A stretch of 63,924 nucleotides of DNA, filler included. It is 5 parts of 5 records of this genome, joined end to end, with 100 filler letters (N's around TTAATTAATTAA, not from the genome) between each part and the next. Parts side by side here need not be neighbours in the genome. Positions count along the whole stretch, not along the records: positions 57,243 to 63,924 come from SRR31156797_5427; 4 more parts are not named here. One strand, given 5' to 3'. Both the position numbers and the translations under genes were made by a program. This document shows, in pieces, positions 57,639 through 63,924 of the stretch. The notes under the pieces are model-generated. The model saw only the letters and a list, made by a program, of their open reading frames with translations. It was not told where the DNA came from and ran no database searches. Numbering within the stretch: position 1 is the first letter of the stretch; the number at the start of each line of letters is the position of its first letter.

Positions 57639-57654
57639 TGGCGAGAAAATTGCA
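57639..57654 (+). promoter_or_regulatory. Sigma54 promoter (rightward)
   Basis: TGGCGA-GAAAA-TTGCA (GG-N10-GC). Confidence 0.6.
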
Positions 57655-57782
57655 AAAAGCAAAACTATTTCCGGCTGCCGGATCGCAAGGAGCTTAAATT
57701 GGCCAGGCAAAAAAACAGTAAAAAGAATCGCAAACAGAAAAAATCAGCGTCCTTAAATACCGCGAAAGAGAGGACCGACTCC

Positions 57783-58862
57783 ATGCCGTGTACTCTTTTC
57801 AGCGTGCCCAAGCCATTTACCGGAAAGTTTGACCTGATCCAGAAAAATGCAATTCTTAGCTGGTTTCATATGGATCCCAGGCCCGAGATTATCCTCATGG
57901 GCAGCGACCGGGGCGTTGCTGAAATCGCCCGGGAAATAGGAGTCAGGCATATTCCGGAAGTCGAAAAGAATGAATACGGCACGCCGCTTGTCAATGATAT
58001 TTTTCGGATAGCGGAATCATCCGCCTCCAACGACGTCCTGGTGTATGTTAACGCCGATATTATCCTGACCGATGATTTCCTGCCTGCCTTATCCAGTGTC
58101 CGTAATAGCTTCGAACGATTTCTTATGATCGGCCGCCGTTGGGATATGCGCGTCGAGCAGCCATTGGACTTCAGCAAAAAGGACTGGAACCGAATCCTAA
58201 AAACGCAGGTTTCGGCCGACGGCATACTGCACAGCGTCAACGGGATAGATTATTTTGCCTTCACCCGCGGCTTGTGGCAGGATATTCCGCCGTTCGCCCT
58301 TGGCCGCACTGCCTGGGATAACTGGCTCGTTTACGATCCCCTGAGCAGAAAGACGCCGGTCGTGGATGCTACGCAATCCGTTGTCATCGTGCATCAGGAT
58401 CACGATTATTCCCATGTCCAGGGAGGAAAGGACGAAGCCTGGCACGGACCGGAAGCCAGAAAAAACCAGCAAATGATACACGCCCAGGTCATGTCCGGCG
58501 TGACTTCCAGCGCGGATTATGAATTGATAAACGGCCGTCCGACTCTCAGGTCTCAAGACCGGGAATCCAGGGCGGACCTGATCGCACGGATTCAGGATAT
58601 TTTCACCAGCGGCTGGAAGCTTATGGACAATAACGAACTGGAAAAGGCCATCGACCGCTTCGATCAGGCCTTGAGCCTTTGCGATGGGTTTACCATTACC
58701 AAGGTGTATTTGGCCAAGGCCATAGCCCTGATCAGGCTGGAACGCATCAGTGAAGCCAGAACAGCCCTGGAAATGGAACTAACCGTCAATCCGGGACATG
58801 AAAAGACTCTATCCATTTTAAACAAAATCAATGCGGCCGCTCCCCGCGCCGCGGTCATGTAA
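57783..58862 (+). CDS. GT-A-fold glycosyltransferase-like protein with C-terminal TPR
   Basis: TLFSVPKPF, QKNAILSW, YVNADIIL (DxD-like), GIDYFAF, GRTAWDNWL, HQDH; probable ATG 57783 after GAGAGG. Confidence 0.8.
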   Translation: MPCTLFSVPKPFTGKFDLIQKNAILSWFHMDPRPEIILMGSDRGVAEIAREIGVRHIPEVEKNEYGTPLVNDIFRIAESSASNDVLVYVNADIILTDDFLPALSSVRNSFERFLMIGRRWDMRVEQPLDFSKKDWNRILKTQVSADGILHSVNGIDYFAFTRGLWQDIPPFALGRTAWDNWLVYDPLSRKTPVVDATQSVVIVHQDHDYSHVQGGKDEAWHGPEARKNQQMIHAQVMSGVTSSADYELINGRPTLRSQDRESRADLIARIQDIFTSGWKLMDNNELEKAIDRFDQALSLCDGFTITKVYLAKAIALIRLERISEARTALEMELTVNPGHEKTLSILNKINAAAPRAAVM

Positions 58863-58899
58863 TCCTTTCTTATGAGCACAAAAGGAATATAAGAAAACA

Positions 58900-60981
58900 G
58901 TGGGCGCCCCCAAAGTCACAGTTATACTTCCCACATATAATCGGCAGGATTTTCTGGGCGATTGCATTTCATCCGTTCTCGCTCAAACCATGACCGATTT
59001 TGAACTCCTGGTTATAAACGACGGCGGACCGGATGTATCCTCAATCACAGGAGCATTCACGGACTCAAGGCTGATATACCTGCCCAATCAGGAAAACAGG
59101 GGCAAGGCCCATTGCTGCAACATCGGCCTGAATACGGCGCGGGGCCAATACATCGCGTACATAGATGACGACGACGTCTGGTATCCGAATCATCTCCAGG
59201 TATTGGCCGAATGCCTTGATAGCAATCCCCATTTGGACGTAGCTTACACCGACCTTTACCGGGTCGGTTTTGTCAAGGATCCGGATCGGGCCCGGCGCTA
59301 TCCAATTGACAAGAAAATCATAGTCTCCCGCGACTTTAACCGAACCGTGATGCTTAACAGCAACCATGTTCTCCATGTCAGTCTTATGCATAAAAAGCAG
59401 GCTGCGGTTCGCGTTAATGGATACGACGAAAGCCTTACCGCGCTTATTGACTGGAATATTGCCAGAAAACTTGCTTTTATCGGCAACTTTAAGCACATAA
59501 ACATTGTTACCGGAGAGTATTACGCTCCCCTGCAAGTGACCGATAGAATATCGCATCTCCAGGTGACCGACCCGGAGCGCTACCGCCTGGTATCAATGCA
59601 GGTCAAAGCCGACCTGCCGCCTTACCCCTGGCCGCATTTTGCCTCTATCGAAGCGGTGCTGCGGCCCGGAACAAACTCGCTCGATGTTGAAGAATTTATA
59701 TCCGGATTTATGGGAAAAGTACAGCGCCCCATGCGGTTGATGGTTGTTAATAACGGAACAGGACGGTATGCAGACCTGTTGGAAAAAATTTTCGAAGGTC
59801 CCGCGGATCTGAAAAATGTAACCTTTCTGGCGCCGGATGCCGGGATGAGCTACCCGAACGTTTGTCGTCTCGCTGCACAGAAATCGTCTGCCGATTACCT
59901 TCTTATGGTTGATGAAAAGTTTGACGTCGGCGGCTTTGACGTTGATGAAGCAGCAGCCTGCCTTGAGAAATCCGAAAGCCAATATCTGAAGCTTAACGGA
60001 AGAAAGCTTGAGGGCATCCCCTGTAATTTCCTGGCTAAAAGAGATCAGTTGCTTGGCGATGAACATTGGTATGAGAATAGGCCCGCGAGTGCAGCCGGAT
60101 TGAAGTTATCACGCATAGTCGACGGATTGGACGCGGACCGCGCTTTGGCCCGGGCCCAAAAGCTTTGCGATCTGGGTAAATATGCTGAAGCAGACGAGAA
60201 TATGAAGGTCTTCAGGTCGTTTGACCGGGGAAGGCCCACAGATCAGGCCGTAATTGATACGATAATTAATATTTGTCTCGGCCTGGGAGAGCCGGATAGG
60301 GCAATATCCGAAGTTGCGGCTCTTATCAACAAAGGATACAAACCGGACAACTTTATTCGCCTGGGCAGGATACTTTTAGATCAAAAAAAATATGCTGAAG
60401 GGGCTTCGGCCTTTAAGGCAGGCCTGCAGTCATTGGGCATTCAGCCCGCCGATTTTGAAAGTTCTGTTTTTCCGGCTGCCTTGTCTCCGGAATGCGACCT
60501 GTTCATCGCCTTGCACGGATTGGGAGACTGCCTGCACGCCCTGGGAGAATTGCAATCGGCCGATCAAATGTACTTACTTGCGGCAAAAGTTGATATGTCC
60601 AGCCCCTTGCCTTTTATCGGCTGTGCATCCAACCTTGTCGCCGATGGTCAACTGGAAAAGGCCGAACAGTTTCTCGCTGAAGCCGAAGTTCGCAAAGGCG
60701 TCATGGTTCCCGGATTTCATAAGCTTAAAGGCGTTATTGAAGAGAAAAGGGGCGACCTGATAACGGCCCGGGACTGTTATGTAAGGGCGTATGAACTCGA
60801 CCGAAACGATCCCGATGTCCTGTCGGGATTGAAGCGAATCGAACCGGATGCACAATCCGATAATAGCAGGGCGCTTGAGCTTGCCGGCGATTCGCCTCCA
60901 AAGGCGCGACCGGGCCGCAACTCGCCCTGCCCGTGCGGGAGTGGAAAAAAGTATAAAAAGTGCTGTTTGAATAAAGGCTGA
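58900..60981 (+). CDS. GT2 glycosyltransferase with TPR repeats and C-terminal SEC-C motif
   Basis: VILPTYNR, INDG, N.G...ARGQYIAYIDDDD; TPR-like helices; GRNSPCPCGSGKKYKKCC. Confidence 0.9.
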   Translation: MGAPKVTVILPTYNRQDFLGDCISSVLAQTMTDFELLVINDGGPDVSSITGAFTDSRLIYLPNQENRGKAHCCNIGLNTARGQYIAYIDDDDVWYPNHLQVLAECLDSNPHLDVAYTDLYRVGFVKDPDRARRYPIDKKIIVSRDFNRTVMLNSNHVLHVSLMHKKQAAVRVNGYDESLTALIDWNIARKLAFIGNFKHINIVTGEYYAPLQVTDRISHLQVTDPERYRLVSMQVKADLPPYPWPHFASIEAVLRPGTNSLDVEEFISGFMGKVQRPMRLMVVNNGTGRYADLLEKIFEGPADLKNVTFLAPDAGMSYPNVCRLAAQKSSADYLLMVDEKFDVGGFDVDEAAACLEKSESQYLKLNGRKLEGIPCNFLAKRDQLLGDEHWYENRPASAAGLKLSRIVDGLDADRALARAQKLCDLGKYAEADENMKVFRSFDRGRPTDQAVIDTIINICLGLGEPDRAISEVAALINKGYKPDNFIRLGRILLDQKKYAEGASAFKAGLQSLGIQPADFESSVFPAALSPECDLFIALHGLGDCLHALGELQSADQMYLLAAKVDMSSPLPFIGCASNLVADGQLEKAEQFLAEAEVRKGVMVPGFHKLKGVIEEKRGDLITARDCYVRAYELDRNDPDVLSGLKRIEPDAQSDNSRALELAGDSPPKARPGRNSPCPCGSGKKYKKCCLNKG

Positions 60982-60985
60982 ACTG

Positions 60986-62107
60986 TTACCGCCCCTGCCT
61001 GGCCGACCACGCCTTTATGTCTTTAAGCAATTGCTCCGCCCGTTCGTGCGGCGCGGGCAATTGCAGTTCTCTTTCTAAGAAATCAGCCGCCTCATTGAAT
61101 TGTGCGGCCCTGGCCAGGCAAACCCCTATACGATAAGCCGTTCCTTTTAACAACGGCGACATTCTTGCGGCAGCGCAAAAGAGATCAAAGGCTCCCTGTA
61201 AATTGCCATGGGCATAACTGATGATGCCTTTCTCCGTCTGCCCGTGCGCCGCATGCATTTCAGCCGGTATCTCGGCCTTGGACGGAAACAGTTCCGAAAC
61301 GGGATTGTAAAGGATCGATCCCGAATCCACTGGAAATCTTGCTGTAGTTCTTTTTTTGCTGAAATCCGGCCAGTAAAAACCAGCGGACTTTCCATCAGCG
61401 TCAAAAAATAGTTCAATCCGGTTTTCATTGATCCAGGAAATTAAAGGGATTACTTCACGAAAACCGAAAAAGGAGCCGCCCTGCCAGTAAGAAATATAGT
61501 GGCCTTCAAAACACTGCAATGGATCTATTTCATTTATAATCCTCTGCTGGAAAAACTCTTTCGCCTTTTCACCGGCAAGGTTCTCCGGGCTGAACCATAT
61601 GTCATCCACCATGACCAGGCTTCCGGGCGGCAAATATTTCCGGCCGTTTCTCAGGCAATGATCCATGATGTATACGCCCGGTCGGTCGTGAGCGTCAATG
61701 AACAGAAGCACCCGGTCATCCATGTTCCAAAGGTCGGCAAAATCCAGCTTTAAGGCGTCGGTTTCAATCAAATCCACCCTGGACATATCGAGAGGATATA
61801 TTTTGCGGCTTATTGCCAGCGCTTTGAAAGACAGATCGACAGCCGTCACCCTGGCTTTCACGGCCGCGGCCAGCCAGGCCCTCAGGGATAATCCGAAAAG
61901 GGTTCCTATTTCAATTATTCTGGTCGGGTCATAGCTTTCCGCCTGCCGCACCAACCAGGTCAAGCCATGCACGGTCTGATCCCTGTAATAAAGTTGGCGG
62001 TTCAGGGCGCCCACTCTTTCAATCAGATCCGAAAAATCAATGCCCTGATGCAGGTTGGCGGACGCATTAGCGGCCATAATTGTTGCGGCGTCGGTTTTCA
62101 TGATCAA
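60986..62107 (-). CDS. Class I SAM-dependent methyltransferase with C-terminal TPR
   Basis: IIEIGTLFGLS, AVD, LFIDAH, VMVDD; TPR-like tail. Confidence 0.75.
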   Translation of the reverse strand: MIMKTDAATIMAANASANLHQGIDFSDLIERVGALNRQLYYRDQTVHGLTWLVRQAESYDPTRIIEIGTLFGLSLRAWLAAAVKARVTAVDLSFKALAISRKIYPLDMSRVDLIETDALKLDFADLWNMDDRVLLFIDAHDRPGVYIMDHCLRNGRKYLPPGSLVMVDDIWFSPENLAGEKAKEFFQQRIINEIDPLQCFEGHYISYWQGGSFFGFREVIPLISWINENRIELFFDADGKSAGFYWPDFSKKRTTARFPVDSGSILYNPVSELFPSKAEIPAEMHAAHGQTEKGIISYAHGNLQGAFDLFCAAARMSPLLKGTAYRIGVCLARAAQFNEAADFLERELQLPAPHERAEQLLKDIKAWSARQGR

Positions 62108-62158
62108 TGTCGGCCTTTCAACTTTTTAGCGTCTGTCCATATTTCTGGACGACGCTAT

Positions 62159-63517
62159 TCAGGTTTGCATCTCAGGTCCAAGCCCGAGCCCAATGTAACG
62201 GAAGCCTTGGAGGTCAAGTCCTCGCCAGGTTCTCCAGCAGTCAAGTAAAACCGCTTTTCCGCCAACAGCCTCCCGCATTAAATGCCAATCAAGCTTCCCA
62301 TATTCCGGCCAATCCGCGGCTAAAACGATTAATGCCGCCTCCCGAACGCACTCATACGGATCGGAAGCGTATTCCACAATATCTCCCAGCGCTTTCCTGG
62401 CTTCCGCGATCGCCGCGGGGTCGCTTACGGCAACCGGTCTGTCGTCTTCAGCCAACATCCGGGCCAGTTCTATGGCCTGGGATTCTTCAACTATGTGAGT
62501 ATGGGGCTTGTACGACAATCCCAAAACGGCTATGCGTCTTCCTCGGTCGGGGATTTCATCCTGAATAATCCTGTACAGGCGTGCTAAAACCCCCGAATTT
62601 ACCCTCCTCACGCTTGAGGGGAGACTGACATTGGTCCCGGCTTTTTCCGCGGCCGATTTAAAGGCTGTTACATCCCTCGGGAAACAGGGGCCGCCGAATC
62701 CCATGCCGCCTTTGAGCCCTTTTAAGCCGATGCGGGAATCCGCTCCCATGGCCCGGGTTATGACATCAATGTCCGCGCCGGGTATATTTTGGCAAAGCCC
62801 GCTCAGTTCATTGGCAAAGCTGATCTTGAGCGTGACATAACAATTCAAACTCAACTTGGCGATTTCAGCATTTACAGCCGACATTACGGCAATCAGCGGC
62901 GTGTTTTCACAAGTCGCCTCATACACTCTACGAACGATCTCAATGCTTCTGTCATCTGATGAACCAAGCAGCACCAGGTCGGGATTAAGAAAGTTTTTAA
63001 TCACCGAACCAAGGGCGATAAACTCCGGATTATAAACAAGGCCGAAGTCGCGCCCGCATTTTTTACCCGAAGAAGCCTCCAGGGCTGGGCGGAATATATC
63101 GTCCATGGAACCGGGCATGACTGTTGAAACCACACAGACAACGTGAAAGCCCTTTTTCACGGCCAGGGCCGGCCCAATTTGCTCGAGAACTGATATCACG
63201 CTTGAATTGTCAAAATGTCCGCTCGGCAGGCTGGGCGTGGGAACGATTATGAAAGTGACTTCCGATGAATTTAATGCCTGCGCGACGTCATGAACCGGGG
63301 TTAGATTTTCTCCGGCCCGGGCCATCACTTCCTCAAGACCTGTTTCATTAACCGGAACAAAACCCTGCTTAAGCGATTCAATAACAGCCGAATCGGAATC
63401 CCAACCCCATACTTTAAATCCCTTTAGAGCGAAACATGCGGCCGTGCACAGCCCCAGCTTACCCAGACCAATCACGGACAAGCCGGGCGGTGATTCCTTT
63501 ACATTCGGTTCAGTCAT
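62159..63517 (-). CDS. UDP-glucose/GDP-mannose dehydrogenase family nucleotide-sugar dehydrogenase
   Basis: IGLGKLG, VPTP, STV.PG, NPEF, AEIAK, GFGGPCFPRD, LGLSYK. Confidence 0.92.
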   Translation of the reverse strand: MTEPNVKESPPGLSVIGLGKLGLCTAACFALKGFKVWGWDSDSAVIESLKQGFVPVNETGLEEVMARAGENLTPVHDVAQALNSSEVTFIIVPTPSLPSGHFDNSSVISVLEQIGPALAVKKGFHVVCVVSTVMPGSMDDIFRPALEASSGKKCGRDFGLVYNPEFIALGSVIKNFLNPDLVLLGSSDDRSIEIVRRVYEATCENTPLIAVMSAVNAEIAKLSLNCYVTLKISFANELSGLCQNIPGADIDVITRAMGADSRIGLKGLKGGMGFGGPCFPRDVTAFKSAAEKAGTNVSLPSSVRRVNSGVLARLYRIIQDEIPDRGRRIAVLGLSYKPHTHIVEESQAIELARMLAEDDRPVAVSDPAAIAEARKALGDIVEYASDPYECVREAALIVLAADWPEYGKLDWHLMREAVGGKAVLLDCWRTWRGLDLQGFRYIGLGLGPEMQT

Positions 63518-63525
63518 TAAAAACC

Positions 63526-63924
63526 TTAGATGAACTTGAAAGTCATGGAGTCATTCAGAATGACTTGCTCGTAAATCTCGTTATGGGGCTGGTACGTGCA
63601 TCTGGGACACTCATTAGCAACTTTTATGTGGTCGTGGATCTCCCAGTGCTTTTTGTCGCCCCATAACCGGGGAATATCCTGGACGTTTTCAATATTTCTC
63701 AATAGTTCGAGCTTTTTATCCCCCCGACGATCACAGCACAGACCCATGTTGAAAATATCTTCTCCCTCGGCCTTGTCATCCGGGGGCATGAACACGGCGG
63801 TCATGAAGATGGCGTAACAACGGCGGAAATAATTGGCCCGGACGAACTGGGAATTAAACTTATGCGTCACGCCGTACACGCCGAAGTTTTCATCATCCAG
63901 TTCAAGGGCCATGGTTATCTGTTC
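63526..63924 (-). CDS. C-terminal part of a probable radical SAM protein (SPASM/twitch-like); cut by window end
   Basis: Frame open to 63924; C...LCCDRRG...W...H...CPRC pattern; the CxxxCxxC motif is not in the window. Confidence 0.6.
   Translation of the reverse strand, partial: EQITMALELDDENFGVYGVTHKFNSQFVRANYFRRCYAIFMTAVFMPPDDKAEGEDIFNMGLCCDRRGDKKLELLRNIENVQDIPRLWGDKKHWEIHDHIKVANECPRCTYQPHNEIYEQVILNDSMTFKFI

Noticed and set aside
57582-57782. N-terminal 67 codons of the 426-aa ORF
   Set aside because: Overlaps both sigma54 promoters; better RBS and family-like sequence begin at 57783
1-63924. rRNA, tRNA, transposases, integrases, phage genes, stop-codon recoding
   Set aside because: None recognised by eye, and long genes are intact under the standard code; a tRNAscan/Infernal run would be needed to exclude small RNAs

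Overview
This window is not one locus. It is five unrelated contigs joined by 100-bp artificial spacers (44 N + TTAATTAATTAA + 44 N) at 9203-9302, 16823-16922, 35933-36032 and 57143-57242. (1) 1-9202, Bacteroidota-like: a SusC/SusD/GH43 polysaccharide utilisation locus followed by a glycyl-radical activating enzyme and a truncated YbiW/PflF-type glycyl radical enzyme that the ORF track misses. (2) 9303-16822, Desulfovibrio-like housekeeping region: geranylgeranyl-reductase family, HAD, DUF362, UDP-GlcA decarboxylase, galE, ilvD, with REP-like repeats. (3) 16923-35932, AT-rich organism with Shine-Dalgarno sites: a CheB/CheR/hybrid-kinase/c-di-GMP signalling cluster including a tandem kinase with complementary defective halves, then a ROK-GntR-tripartite tricarboxylate transporter locus with four copies of an operator. 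(4) 36033-57142, Bacteroidota-like, the most interesting part: an apparent stress/osmotic island (three MscS, CorA, speA-speB-DHS polyamine operon, two-component system, ECF sigma). It carries six copies of a bipartite GTGAC-N15/16-YGTC promoter-like motif and four full-length proteins or domains with substituted catalytic residues (M20 domain fused to an ATP-grasp ligase, a second DHS, a nitrilase domain, a P-loop NTPase). (5) 57243-63924, Deltaproteobacteria-like glycosylation cluster behind back-to-back sigma54 promoters. I saw no rRNA, tRNA, CRISPR array or transposase. Taxonomy and family calls come from motif recognition only; no database search was run.
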